64,000 nt of DNA from Longimicrobiales bacterium (lineage in GTDB: Bacteria; Gemmatimonadota; Gemmatimonadetes; Longimicrobiales; Gaopeijiaceae), in assembly GCA_965203485.1 (NCBI GenBank), contig OZ241892.1, forward strand, positions 2,304,001 to 2,368,000, in the 5' to 3' direction. The position numbers were made by a program, and so were the translations under genes. Below are positions 41,364 to 51,865 of the stretch, piece after piece (positions within the stretch are counted from its first letter, which is position 1; each line of letters begins with the position of its first letter). The notes under the pieces were generated by a model, which saw only the letters and a list, made by a program, of their open reading frames with translations, did no database searches and was not told the DNA's origin.

Positions 41364-43397
41364 TCAGCGGGCGGCGGCGTCCCGCCTGCGGGCGCGACGG
41401 ACGCCGACGGCCCTCGCTTCCATCGTAGGGTAAGGCCCACGGCGGTCCTGAGCCAACGTGAAGGCGACGTCCAGGGAGCTGGACGCCAGGTCCTCGGGCG
41501 AGAAGCGCTCGCCCAGGCCGAAGCCGACCGCGGGCAGGCCGAAGCGGTCCTCGGCGATGCGAAACCTGACGTGCGCCCCGTCTCCGAGGCGGCGCGGTTG
41601 CCGGGCGCGCACGTTCCTGACCGCGAAGACGGGCTCCGGATTGCCGCGGCCGAACGGCGCCAGGTAGCTGCACCAGTGGGCGAAGCGCCCGCGCAGGTCC
41701 TCGACGGCGACCTCCAGGTCCACATCGATGGAAGGACGGAGGTCGGCGGCGGCCAGCCGCGCTCGGGCATGGGCGTGGAAGGCTTCGCTGAACGCCGCGA
41801 CGCGGTCCGCCCGGATGTCCATTCCCGCCGCCATCGGATGTCCGCCGAACCGGCCGAGGTGCTCGGCGCACGCCTCGAGCGCCTCATGGACGTCGAAGCA
41901 CGGCACCGAGCGCGCGCTGCCCCGCCCGCTGTCGCCGTCGAGCGCGAACAACAGCACGGGCCGGCACACCCGTTCCACCAGCTGAGACGCCACGATGCCG
42001 ATGACGCCCGCCGGCCAACCCGTCCGCGCAAGGACGACGGCCCGGTCGCGCTCCAGATCGCGACCGCGCAACTCGGCCAGCGCCTCGTTCAAGGTCCGCT
42101 TCTGGAGCGCCTTGCGCGTCGCGTTGTCGCGCTCCAGCGTCTCCGCCAAGCTTCGGGCTCGGGCTGGACCGTCGGCGAGAAGAAGCGCGAGCGCCGTCGC
42201 GGGATCGCCCACTCGGCCCGCCGCGTTGAGGCGAGGAGCGATGCGAAACACCGCATCCTCCCAGTCGGGCCGCCCAGCGCCGGGATCGCCGCACGCGTTG
42301 CGGACCAGCTGGAGCAAGCCCGGCCGCGCGGTGGCGCCCACGGCCTGCAATCCCAGCCTCGCCAGAACCCGGTTCTCGCCCACGAGCGAGACTTGGTCGG
42401 CCAACGTGGCCAGTCCGACCAAGTCCAGCCGCCGCCACGCCTCGGCGGCGGGACGGCCGAGCATTCGCGCGGCCAACTGCACGACCTTGAAGGCGACGCC
42501 GGCGCCGCAGAGCCCCTTGTTCGCGTAGGTGCAGTCCCGCTGGTTCGGGTCGACGACGGCAAGCGCTTCGGCGGGAGGCGAGCGGCCGGGGCGATGGTGG
42601 TCGGTCACCAGCACGTCGACGCCCTGCTCCGCTGCGCGGCGCACCCAGTCGTGAGCACGAATGCCGCAGTCCACCGTCATCAGCACCCGCGCGCCGACCG
42701 CTTCGGCGCGCTCCAGTCCCGGGCGCGAGAGATCGTAGCCGTCGCGTCGCGTCGGCACGAAGCCCTCCGCCTTGCCGCCCAAGCCGCGGAGCCAATGAAC
42801 CACCAGCGCCGTTCCGGCGATTCCGTCGACGTCGTAGTCGCCGTGAACAAGCACCGTCTCTCCGCGCTCGACGGCCTGGGCCAGCCTACGGGCCGCCTCG
42901 GGCGCGCCGTGCAGGTCCGCAGGCTCCAGCAGGTGGGACACCTGCGGGCGCAGAAAGCACTTCGCATCGTCCGGAGACCGGAGGCCCCGCGCCGCAAGCA
43001 GGCGGCAGAAAGCCGGCGGCAGGCGAAGTGCGGCCTGCAACCGTCTCACGTCGCCGGGTTGCGGCTCGGAGGCGAGGTTCCACCGCGGCTCCGGCGCCTG
43101 AAGGCCGTCGCGCGGCCTTGCCCGCTCGCGGACCCGGCCCTCTGGAGCGGAGTTCCCCGGCGGCCCCGGCGCCCCAAGGGCGCTCGAACGTGGGTCTTCG
43201 CCAAGGGGGACCCGAGCGGAGTTCCCCGGCTCCGCCGCCTGTGGGGCGCGCGGATGGGACGTCGCGTCGCCGGCCCGCGCCCGCTCGCCTGTTCGCGCCT
43301 TCTTCGGCCGCGCGGCCCCGGGCGGGGCGGTGAACAGATCTAGGGACGGCGGCAAGAGAGCGGCGCGGGTCTCGTCAGGTCCCCGCGCGTCTCCCAC
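41364..43397 (-). CDS. recJ: ssDNA exonuclease RecJ
   Basis: 'GDYDVDG', 'TDHH', 'PRLNAAGR', 'GGHPMAAG'; start uncertain. Confidence 0.93.
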   Translation of the reverse strand: MGDARGPDETRAALLPPSLDLFTAPPGAARPKKARTGERARAGDATSHPRAPQAAEPGNSARVPLGEDPRSSALGAPGPPGNSAPEGRVRERARPRDGLQAPEPRWNLASEPQPGDVRRLQAALRLPPAFCRLLAARGLRSPDDAKCFLRPQVSHLLEPADLHGAPEAARRLAQAVERGETVLVHGDYDVDGIAGTALVVHWLRGLGGKAEGFVPTRRDGYDLSRPGLERAEAVGARVLMTVDCGIRAHDWVRRAAEQGVDVLVTDHHRPGRSPPAEALAVVDPNQRDCTYANKGLCGAGVAFKVVQLAARMLGRPAAEAWRRLDLVGLATLADQVSLVGENRVLARLGLQAVGATARPGLLQLVRNACGDPGAGRPDWEDAVFRIAPRLNAAGRVGDPATALALLLADGPARARSLAETLERDNATRKALQKRTLNEALAELRGRDLERDRAVVLARTGWPAGVIGIVASQLVERVCRPVLLFALDGDSGRGSARSVPCFDVHEALEACAEHLGRFGGHPMAAGMDIRADRVAAFSEAFHAHARARLAAADLRPSIDVDLEVAVEDLRGRFAHWCSYLAPFGRGNPEPVFAVRNVRARQPRRLGDGAHVRFRIAEDRFGLPAVGFGLGERFSPEDLASSSLDVAFTLAQDRRGPYPTMEARAVGVRRARRRDAAAR

Positions 43398-44207
43398 TCA
43401 TTCGCCGGTCGCCGTCTGCTCGTCGCCGCCGGGGTCGCCGGTCTCCGGCGCCGTAACGATGACGCCGCAAGCCTCGCAGATGACGAGCGGCGTCGATGCG
43501 CGCCCATGGTCCGGACCGGCTGGCGAGTCCCGCCCGCCCGCGGCCGCCCTGATCTCGTGCTGCACCTGGAGCGGGATCACGGAGAAGCACACGCCGCAAG
43601 CGCCGTCCTCCGACATCGGGGCCACCGCGGACTCGCGCCCGCTGCGGATGAGGCTGTCGTACACGCGGAGCCAGCGCGGATCGACGCCCATGGCCGCCGT
43701 CTTCCGCTCGTCGCCCAGGGCGGCAAGCTCGACCGCGGCCGCTTCCTTCTCGGCGAGGATCTCGCGGCGGCTCGGCTCGGCGGCCGACCGCGCCTCCTCC
43801 AGCGCGGCCTGCTGGTCGGCCAGCCGCGCGTCCAGCCGCTCGATCTGCTCCAGCAAGCCCATCGCCTCCTGCTCCTCGGACTCGAGGACGCGTCTCACGA
43901 GGCCCGTTTCCGTCTGGACGGCCGCCTCCTCGCGAGCCGTCTTCACTTCGCGAAGCCGCTCGTCGAGCTTCTGCAGGCGGAGCCGCTTGTCGCTGGAGGA
44001 CCGCTGCAGCCGCCGCTCCTCGGCCCGCAGTTCCTCGACGCGGCCCGACGTGGTCTCGGCCTGCGCCTCCAACTGCTCCACGGTCGCGCCGACTTCGGCC
44101 AGCCTGGGATCGCAAGAACCGATGCGGACTTGCACTTCGCGGACCCTCAAGTCGACCGCCTGGAGCCGTTGCAGAGCGGCCGACACGGGCATGGTCTCGG
44201 TGGTCAC
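43398..44207 (-). CDS. Coiled-coil C4 zinc-ribbon protein
   Basis: 'LQAVD', coiled coil, 'CGVC...CEACG'. Confidence 0.8.
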   Translation of the reverse strand: MTTETMPVSAALQRLQAVDLRVREVQVRIGSCDPRLAEVGATVEQLEAQAETTSGRVEELRAEERRLQRSSSDKRLRLQKLDERLREVKTAREEAAVQTETGLVRRVLESEEQEAMGLLEQIERLDARLADQQAALEEARSAAEPSRREILAEKEAAAVELAALGDERKTAAMGVDPRWLRVYDSLIRSGRESAVAPMSEDGACGVCFSVIPLQVQHEIRAAAGGRDSPAGPDHGRASTPLVICEACGVIVTAPETGDPGGDEQTATGE

Positions 44208-46003
44208 CTCGCGCCGAACCTCTCTTGGCGGACGTCCCCGGCGACGCGGGCAACCTTCCCCCAGTCGGGGCACACCGCATTCTTCTGCTTCACCAACTCC
44301 TCCTTTTCCTTGGCGAGCCTCGCCTTCTCGGCGTCGTCGGCGCAACTCGGAACGGTGACGTTGCGGCGGTCGAGCTCGCGTGTCCGGATCTTCGCGACGA
44401 CATCGTGGAAGACCCGGCTCGCCGGAACCAGCTCTTCCGCATCGGCCATCAACTCCTCGAACCGCCGCCCGGCTTCGGGGTCGGCTCCCTGCGGCCACGC
44501 CTTGAGTTCCGGGTCGTCGATCAGCGTCTCGAAGATGGCACGGCAGGCGCGATCTTCCAAGTCGGCGGCGCTCACCATCTCGGCCGCCCTGTCGATCCAC
44601 GTGCGGTCGCGCAGCAAGAGCAGCAGCAGGGTTCGGTCGGGCCCGCGTCCATGGAGCCGGCCGGCCGGCCGACGGCGGGTCCGGGGCGCCGGCCGAGCAG
44701 GGACGCGCGCAATCTCGCGGGAGCGCTCTATCTCGGCCGCCAGCGTCTTGGGCGCCACGCCGGTCAGCTCGGAGACCTTGCCCAGGTACATGTCGCGCAA
44801 CGCGGGATCGCGAACGGCGCGCAACGTGGGCAGGAGGCGGTCCAGGGCCGCGCGCCGCTTCTCGATCGACGAGAAGTAGTCGCGTTGCTGGAGGATGGCG
44901 ACCTTCCTGTCCAGAACGTCCACCGCTTGGCCGACGAACTCCTTCACCGCGGCCGCTCCGCCGGCTCGGGCCACGGAGTCGGGGTCCTCGCCGTCGGGCA
45001 ACGTCGCCACCGAGGGATGAACGCCGTGGGCCAGCAGCACGTCGGCGGCCCGGAACGTCGCGCGCAGTCCGGCCGGGTCGCTGTCGAAGAGGATGCGGGT
45101 CTCCTTCGCGTAGCGCGACAGGAGCGCCGCGTGCGCTTCGGTGAGCGCGGTCCCGAGGGGCGCCACAGCGTGCGAGACGCCCACGGCGTCCAGCGCCACC
45201 ACATCCATGAATCCCTCGACGAGCAAGGCGCACTCCTCGCGGCGGACGTGGTTCTTGGCGCGATCCAGCCCGTAGAGGACCTCGCCCTTGTGAAAGACAG
45301 GACTGTCGGGCGAGTTGAGGTACTTGGGCGCGCCCTTGCCTTCCTTGCCGAGGAGGCGGCCGCCGAAGCCGGCCACGCGGCCTCCCACGGTCTTGATCGG
45401 GAAGACTACGCGGTTGCGCAGCGCGTCGTACGCGTCTTCGCGGCCCTCGCTCTTCTTGAGGAGACCGATTTCCAGCAACAGGCTCTCGTCGAGGCCGTGC
45501 ACGGCGACGGCTTCGCGAAACGCGCTCCAGCCGTCCGGAGCGAACCCCAGGTCCCAGCGCTCCGCAACCCGGCGGTCGATCCCCCGGCGTTCCAGGTAGG
45601 CACGGGCTTCCCGGCCCTCGGCGGAGAGCAGGCTCTCGCGGAAGAAGCCCGCCGCGAAGGCGAGCGTCTCGTGGTAGGGGCGCAGCACGTCCTCGGCGTC
45701 CGCGCCGCGTCTCTGTTCGACGACCTTCACGCCGCAACGGGCGCCGACGTGCTTGACGGCGTCCACGAAGGACATCCCCTGGTGCTTCATCAGGAACTTG
45801 AAGACGTCGCCGGACTCGCCGGACGAGAAGTCGTGGAAGAACGCCTTGGACGGCACGACGCAGAACGACGGCGTGCGCTCTTGCTTGAAGGGACTCAGGC
45901 CCTTGTACTCCTTGCCGGCCTTCTTGAGGTGCACGAACTGGCCGATGACCTCCACGATGTCCGCGCGGGCCCGCACCTCCTCGACGATGCGGTCCGGGAT
46001 CAC
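44204..46003 (-). CDS. dnaG: DNA primase
   Basis: 'ERTPSF', 'KYLNSP', 'VEGFMDV', 'FDSDPAG'. Confidence 0.96.
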   Translation of the reverse strand: MIPDRIVEEVRARADIVEVIGQFVHLKKAGKEYKGLSPFKQERTPSFCVVPSKAFFHDFSSGESGDVFKFLMKHQGMSFVDAVKHVGARCGVKVVEQRRGADAEDVLRPYHETLAFAAGFFRESLLSAEGREARAYLERRGIDRRVAERWDLGFAPDGWSAFREAVAVHGLDESLLLEIGLLKKSEGREDAYDALRNRVVFPIKTVGGRVAGFGGRLLGKEGKGAPKYLNSPDSPVFHKGEVLYGLDRAKNHVRREECALLVEGFMDVVALDAVGVSHAVAPLGTALTEAHAALLSRYAKETRILFDSDPAGLRATFRAADVLLAHGVHPSVATLPDGEDPDSVARAGGAAAVKEFVGQAVDVLDRKVAILQQRDYFSSIEKRRAALDRLLPTLRAVRDPALRDMYLGKVSELTGVAPKTLAAEIERSREIARVPARPAPRTRRRPAGRLHGRGPDRTLLLLLLRDRTWIDRAAEMVSAADLEDRACRAIFETLIDDPELKAWPQGADPEAGRRFEELMADAEELVPASRVFHDVVAKIRTRELDRRNVTVPSCADDAEKARLAKEKEELVKQKNAVCPDWGKVARVAGDVRQERFGAR

Positions 46004-48369
46004 GCCACTCGGCCCGCGCCGCCGGCGCTCCGGCGCCCGCCGCTCACGGCCCCGGGACGCGAGCCGGCGCGCGAGACACGGGAAACGGCGCCCTTCTTGG
46101 CCGACAGGACCCTGCGCGCAACCGGCCGGCTCGGTCCCGCGTGCGAGGGCTGCAACCGGTCGAGCGGCACCGTGATGCGCAGGCCGGCCGCGTCCACGAC
46201 GGCGCGGCCGCCCTCGACGGCCACAACGCATCCCCTCGCGCCGGAGCCCGCCACCGTCACCCAGTCGCCGGGCTCGGGAGCTTCGCCGGACCACGCCTGG
46301 GCCGGGCTCGGGACGTCTGCGAGCAACTCCCGGGCGGCGCTTTCCACCGACTGCCGCGCCTCTCGCGCCGCCGATTCCAGCGCCTGTCCGGCGTCCACCC
46401 GCGCCTCCAGACCCGCGATGGCCTTCTCCACGTCGCGCCTGGCCTCCAGCAACAGGCGGCGAGCTTCGACGCGCGCCTCGGCCAGCCGCGCCTCCTCGGC
46501 CTCCCGGAGGGCCGTCTCGCGCCGCTCCAGCTCCTCGCGCAGGCTCCGGGCGCCGGCGCGTTCGCGTTCCAGCTCGGCCGCCAGCCGCGACGCGCGCCGT
46601 TCCTGGCGTTGCAGGCTCGACAGCAAGTCGTCCAAGCGGGCGTCGGCGCCGTCCCGGCAACGCTCGGCGCGGTCGAGCACCGCCGCCGGAAAGCCCAGGG
46701 CGCGTGCCATGGCGAGTCCGTAGCTGCGGCCCGGGCGCCCCCAAAGAAACCTGTAGGTGGGGCTCATCCGTTCGGCGTCGAACTCCAGCGAGGCGTTCGC
46801 GATGCGGTTCCCAGGCGCGGCCAGGCGCTTGAGCCCTCCCAGGTGCGACGTGATCACGGCCGCGCAGCCGCGCTCCGCCAGCGTCTCGACGAGAGCTCGC
46901 GCCAGCGCCTCGCCTTCTCGGGGGTCGGTGCCCGCTCCGGGCTCGTCGACCAGTACCAGCGCGTCGCCGGCGGCGCCGGCCAGCACGTCCCGCAGGTTGC
47001 GCAGGTGGGCCGAGAACGTCGAGAGGTTGTCGGATATGGACTGCTGGTCGCCAATGTCCGCGAAGAGGGAACGAAAGGCCGGCAACCGAGTGCCGGGGCC
47101 CACCGGGGGAACGATCCCCGCTTGCGCCATGGCCGAGATCAGGCCGACCGACTTGAGGAAGACGGTCTTGCCCCCCGCATTCGGCCCGGTAACCACCACG
47201 ACAGCGCCCTGCGGCGGCAGGTCGAGGTCGAACGGCACGGGATCGGCGCCCGCGGCGACGAGCAGCGGATGGCGGCCGCTCCGGACGGTCAGGCCGGCGC
47301 CGGCGGCGACTTCCGGCGCGTGCCCGTCCCACTCGTTCGCGGCGGCTGCCAGCGCGACCCGCCGGTCCATCTCCACCAACGCGGCCAGCGAATCGGACAG
47401 CGCGGCGCGAAACGGCCGGCACCGCCCGGTCAGGCCGCGCAACACGCGCTGGACCTCGCGCGCCTCCGCGCGTTCCGTCTCGCGCAACGCGTTCGTCATC
47501 GCGATCGCCGAGGGCGGCTCCACGAAGACCGTCGCGCCCGAGGCGGACTCGTCGTGGACGTAGCCGCCGACGGTCCGCCTGCCTTCCCGCCGCACGGGGA
47601 TCACGTAGCGGCCGTCGCGCACCGCCACCGACGCGTCGGCCACCCTGTACCGCTCGGAGAGGCCCCCGAGCACGGACTCCAGGTGCGCGACAACTCGCTG
47701 GTGCGCGCCCGCCAGCCGCGACCGCAGGCGGACCAGCTCCTTGCTGGCCGTGTCGAGCACGCGACCGTCCCCGCCCACCGCCCGGGCCAGCGCCGCGGCC
47801 AGGCCGGCGTCGGCGAACAACCGGTCCCGCAACGCCGCCAAGCCCGGCAGGTCTTCGCCGCCGTCGGCCAACGCGCGGCGCAGGGAGCGGGACGCGGCCA
47901 CCAGCGCCGCCAGCCGCGCCAAGTCCGCCCCCGCGAGCACGGACCCGTCGAGCGCCAAGCGGGCCAGGGCCGAGGCGGGGTCGGCGAAGGCGTCGAGGCT
48001 CCACTGGGGGCTCAGGGCCAGGAAGCGCCGCGCCTCCGTCACGTCGCGCAGGCGAGCCGCGGCCTCGCGGGCGTCGGCGGCGGGCCGAATCGCGAGCACC
48101 GCGTCCCGGCCGGCGCCGGTCGTCGCGAACGACGCCAAGTGTTGCAGGACGCTGGGAAACTCGAGCGCCGACAACGCTCGCGCGGTGGGCCCGCTCCCGG
48201 CCGACGCCGCGCCCAGCCGGCCGGTCGGCGAGGATCGGGCGGCGGCGCAGGCGCGAAGGGGCGCCCCGCTCCGAGCCGGCGCCCCGGCGAGCCGACGTTC
48301 CGGAGCCCCGGCGCCCGGCGCGGACGAGCCGCCGCCCGACGCTCCGGCCGGGGACGGCTCGCTAGCCAA
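46000..48369 (-). CDS. mutS2: MutS2 family protein
   Basis: 'LEF', 'SASGATVFVEP', 'TGPNAGGKT', 'DIGDQQSI..NLSTFS', 'DE.GAGTDP'; start uncertain. Confidence 0.92.
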   Translation of the reverse strand: MASEPSPAGASGGGSSAPGAGAPERRLAGAPARSGAPLRACAAARSSPTGRLGAASAGSGPTARALSALEFPSVLQHLASFATTGAGRDAVLAIRPAADAREAAARLRDVTEARRFLALSPQWSLDAFADPASALARLALDGSVLAGADLARLAALVAASRSLRRALADGGEDLPGLAALRDRLFADAGLAAALARAVGGDGRVLDTASKELVRLRSRLAGAHQRVVAHLESVLGGLSERYRVADASVAVRDGRYVIPVRREGRRTVGGYVHDESASGATVFVEPPSAIAMTNALRETERAEAREVQRVLRGLTGRCRPFRAALSDSLAALVEMDRRVALAAAANEWDGHAPEVAAGAGLTVRSGRHPLLVAAGADPVPFDLDLPPQGAVVVVTGPNAGGKTVFLKSVGLISAMAQAGIVPPVGPGTRLPAFRSLFADIGDQQSISDNLSTFSAHLRNLRDVLAGAAGDALVLVDEPGAGTDPREGEALARALVETLAERGCAAVITSHLGGLKRLAAPGNRIANASLEFDAERMSPTYRFLWGRPGRSYGLAMARALGFPAAVLDRAERCRDGADARLDDLLSSLQRQERRASRLAAELERERAGARSLREELERRETALREAEEARLAEARVEARRLLLEARRDVEKAIAGLEARVDAGQALESAAREARQSVESAARELLADVPSPAQAWSGEAPEPGDWVTVAGSGARGCVVAVEGGRAVVDAAGLRITVPLDRLQPSHAGPSRPVARRVLSAKKGAVSRVSRAGSRPGAVSGGRRSAGGAGRVA

Positions 48370-48796
48370 GTTCCTCCTTCGCGATGGCTGCCGCGGCCTT
48401 GCCGTCGAAGCGGCCCCGCACGCGGGGCATCAGCCGACCCATGACCGCTCCCAGGTCGGCGGCTCCCTCGTTCACGATCTCGCGGACGACGGCGCGCACG
48501 TCTGCGGCAGTCAGCGGCGCCGGCAGGTACGCCTGCAACACGGCCGCCTGCTCCTCTTCCTTGCGGGCCAGCTCTTCGCGCCCAGCGGTCCGCATCTGGC
48601 CGGCGGCCTCGCGCCTCTGCTTGACCGCCTTGGCCAACACGGCAACGACCGCGTCCTGGCCGAGTTCGCCCCCGGTCTCGATCTCCCGGTTCCGCACCTC
48701 CGCGAGCGTCGTGGACAGCACGAGGATGCGGGCATGGTCCCTGGCCCGGCGCGCCTCGGCCATGTCGGCGCGCAACCTGTCCTTGAGGGACGGCAT
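48362..48796 (-). CDS. GatB/YqeY domain protein
   Basis: 'KQRRE', 'YLP', 'G.VMG.LMP'. Confidence 0.9.
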   Translation of the reverse strand: MPSLKDRLRADMAEARRARDHARILVLSTTLAEVRNREIETGGELGQDAVVAVLAKAVKQRREAAGQMRTAGREELARKEEEQAAVLQAYLPAPLTAADVRAVVREIVNEGAADLGAVMGRLMPRVRGRFDGKAAAAIAKEELG

Positions 48797-49082
48797 GTTC
48801 GGCGATGACGGATTCTTCGGCCGGGCGCCCATTGTGGCTTCCTCCTGCGCTGGAGCCTCGAAGGCTCCAAATATCGCCGCGCGCGAACCGGCGCCGCAAA
48901 GGAGTGTCCCATGCGGCCATGGGAAACGCCCGCCGGAGAAGATACGCTTAAGCTGGACGGCCCCGCCGTCGCTCGCCCGCCGTCCGACGCGCCGGTTGTG
49001 GACGCGCTCCGCCGGCGTGCCGAAGCCGCCGCCCCGACCCCGTGCAAGACCGCCCATCGTCCATCCACATGTAGAAGAGGCC

Positions 49083-49532
49083 ATGACCAGAAGACTCGAA
49101 GACGTAGTCGAGCTGCTGCGGCGCAGCGGGGCGGGCGCGCTGCCCGTTTGCCAGATCCGAGCGGAGCTGCGGCGCCGCGAGCCGCAGGCGCTCGCCACGA
49201 CGGCAATGCTGCGCGCCCTCGCGGAGCGGTCGAACGGCAGGTTGCTGCTGCTCGAGGCGCACCTGGACACCCCGCCGTCCCGGCAAGACCGTCACAGCCG
49301 GATTCTCGTCGCCTGGATGGTCCTCATGTCGCCCGACGACGAGCCAGACCAAAGCCGGCTCGCCAGCCAGCTCTGGAGGAGCCTCGCCGCACTCGCCTCC
49401 GCCATCGACCCGGTCTCCCGGGGCGACATTTGCCGCTGGGTGCTGCAGGCCCGGCAGGCGCACGCCGCCTTGCGCCGGACGCTCCCGGCGGCCCGCCGCC
49501 GCGGCGCCCACGAGCGGAAGCGGCGGCCCTGA
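49083..49532 (+). CDS. Hypothetical protein
   Basis: ATG with GAGG SD; fills the gap between minus-strand genes. Confidence 0.5.
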   Translation: MTRRLEDVVELLRRSGAGALPVCQIRAELRRREPQALATTAMLRALAERSNGRLLLLEAHLDTPPSRQDRHSRILVAWMVLMSPDDEPDQSRLASQLWRSLAALASAIDPVSRGDICRWVLQARQAHAALRRTLPAARRRGAHERKRRP

Positions 49533-49602
49533 GCGGACCCCGGGCCCCGATCCTTGCGGCGCCGACAATCCCGGCGCGGAACGCCCGGCAACCGACCCCG
49601 GA

Positions 49603-50742
49603 TCAGCCCAGCGCCTCCTTGACCTTCGACCAGAAGCCGCGCCTCCCCTCCCTGTGCGCGGCCCGCGGAGGAGGATCCTCCAGTGCGCCCAGCGTCCGCA
49701 CGGCCTCTTCCTGCTTCGGCGTCAGCCGGTCGGGGACCCACACCAGAATGCGGCACAACAGGTCGCCCCGCCCGCGGCCGTTGAGGCCGGGCACCCCCTC
49801 GCCCGCCAGCCGCAAGACCGCGCCGCTCTGCGTGCCCGCCGGCACGTCCACCGACGACTCGCCGTCCACGGTCGGCACGGCAACGCGCGCGCCCAGCGCG
49901 GCCTGGCTGAACGTGACGGCGACGTCCGTCGTCAGATCGGCGCCGTCCCGCGCGAAGCGCTCGTCTTCCTGCACGTCGAGCAGGACGACGATGTCGCCCC
50001 TGGGGCCGCTGCGCCTTCCCACGTTGCCCTCGCCCCGCAACGTGATGTAGTTCTGCGAGGAAACGCCCGGCGGCACCTCGACGCGCACCTGCCGCTGCAC
50101 CCGCACGCGCCCTTCGCCCCGGCATTCGCGGCACAGGTCGACGACCACCGCGCCCTCGCCCCGGCACCGCGCGCACGTCACCACGGTCACCATGTCGCCG
50201 AAGACCGACCTCTGGACCCGCCGTTGCTGCCCCGAGCCCCGGCAGTCCGGGCAAGCCGCCGGCTGGGCGCCCCCCGCCGCTCCCGTCCCCCGGCACCCCG
50301 CGCAAGAGTCGAGCACGGCGATGCGCACGGCCTTGGTCGCGCCCGAGCACACTTCCTTGAGCGTCACCGGTATCTTGACGCGCAGAGACTGGCCGCGTGC
50401 CGGTTCCCCCGATCGCCTGCGCCGGCCGCCGAAGAGCTCCTCGATGCCTCCGAAGCTGCCGAAGTCGCGCATGAACACCTCGAGCGCGTCGCCGAAGTCG
50501 AAGCCCGCGAATCCGCCCGATCCCTTCACGCCCTCCTTGCCGTACCGGTCGTAGCGGGCCCGCTTCTTGGAGTCGCGCAGGACCTCGTACGCCTCGGTGG
50601 CCTCCTTGAAGCGCTCCTCCGCTTCCTTCGAGCCGGCGTTGCGGTCGGGGTGATGCGCGAGCGCGACCTTCCTGTACGCCTTCTTGATCTCTTCCGGGCC
50701 GGCGTCCCGGGAGACGCCCAGCAACGAATAGTAGTCGGCCAT
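49603..50742 (-). CDS. dnaJ: Chaperone DnaJ
   Basis: J domain with HPD; four CxxCxGxG repeats. Confidence 0.97.
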   Translation of the reverse strand: MADYYSLLGVSRDAGPEEIKKAYRKVALAHHPDRNAGSKEAEERFKEATEAYEVLRDSKKRARYDRYGKEGVKGSGGFAGFDFGDALEVFMRDFGSFGGIEELFGGRRRRSGEPARGQSLRVKIPVTLKEVCSGATKAVRIAVLDSCAGCRGTGAAGGAQPAACPDCRGSGQQRRVQRSVFGDMVTVVTCARCRGEGAVVVDLCRECRGEGRVRVQRQVRVEVPPGVSSQNYITLRGEGNVGRRSGPRGDIVVLLDVQEDERFARDGADLTTDVAVTFSQAALGARVAVPTVDGESSVDVPAGTQSGAVLRLAGEGVPGLNGRGRGDLLCRILVWVPDRLTPKQEEAVRTLGALEDPPPRAAHREGRRGFWSKVKEALG

Positions 50743-50753
50743 GGCTCGGCTGC

Positions 50754-51812
50754 TCAGGGCTCCAGCATTCGGGTGACCAGCGACGACGTGTAGTCCACGA
50801 TCGCCACGACCTTCTCGTAGGACATCCGCGTGGGTCCCATCACCCCCACGATGCCCCGCTGGCCGCCCAGCCGGTAGCCGGACGTGACGAGCGTGAACCC
50901 CGCGAGTTCGGGACCATGCTCCGCCCCGATCGTCACGCAAGGGCCGCTCGCGGTGGCGCGGTCGCCCAGGATGGCGGCCAGCATCTCCTTGCGTTCGGTG
51001 AGTTCGATCAGGTCCATGAGGCGCTCGCTGCTGGCGAACTCGGGCTGGGTGGCGATCGCCGAGGTCCGGCCCAACACGACGTCGTCGCGCCCGCGCGGCG
51101 TTGCGCCGAACACTTCGTCGCTCGACTGAATGAAGAAATTCAGCATGTCCTGCGTGGCGCGGTCTTCGGCGGCGTCCCGGAGACGCTCCCCGAACGAAGC
51201 GCGTATCTCCCGGAAGGCGAGGCCGCCCAGGCGCTCGTTGAGGACGCGCGCGAGCTCGGCCAGCATGGACGGCGGCGCCGCTCCCGGAAGATCGACGTAC
51301 ACGGTGCGCGCCATGCCGCCCAGCACGGTCACCACCATGAGCACCTTGTTCGACGAGACGGCCACCAGGTCGAGCTTGAGCAGGCGGGCGTCGTCGAGCG
51401 GGGGCACGGAGCCGACGCCGAGGCCGCTGACGAGGACGCCCAGCGCCCGCGTGGCGTTTCGCACGACCCGCTCGACCGACGAATCGCCGAGGCGCACCTC
51501 GTCCTTGATCCGGGCCTGCTCGGAGGGAGTGAGCGCTTCCGGCTGCATGATGCGGTCCACGAAGAAGCGGTAGGCCAAGTCGGTCGGAACCCGCCCTGCG
51601 GACGGGTGAGGGTGGGTCAGGTAGCCCTTCGCCTCCAAGTCGGCCATCGTGTTGCGAATCGTGGCCGCCGAGACGCCGAACGCGTAACGGCGCGCCAACG
51701 TGCGGCTCCCGGCGGGTTCGGCGGTCTCGACGTGCAAGCGGATGACCGCTTCGAGCACGTGCTGCTCGCGCTCCGACAGGGAGCAGTCTGCGGGTTGCTG
51801 CACAAGTTCCAT
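50754..51812 (-). CDS. hrcA: Heat-inducible repressor HrcA
   Basis: 'SAATIRN.MADLE', 'H.SAGRVPT', 'GPTRM.Y'. Confidence 0.96.
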   Translation of the reverse strand: MELVQQPADCSLSEREQHVLEAVIRLHVETAEPAGSRTLARRYAFGVSAATIRNTMADLEAKGYLTHPHPSAGRVPTDLAYRFFVDRIMQPEALTPSEQARIKDEVRLGDSSVERVVRNATRALGVLVSGLGVGSVPPLDDARLLKLDLVAVSSNKVLMVVTVLGGMARTVYVDLPGAAPPSMLAELARVLNERLGGLAFREIRASFGERLRDAAEDRATQDMLNFFIQSSDEVFGATPRGRDDVVLGRTSAIATQPEFASSERLMDLIELTERKEMLAAILGDRATASGPCVTIGAEHGPELAGFTLVTSGYRLGGQRGIVGVMGPTRMSYEKVVAIVDYTSSLVTRMLEP

Positions 51813-51865
51813 GGCTGTGGGCCGCACGCTCGGGCGGGAATGCGTCTTGGCGAAGGCGTCCGGCC

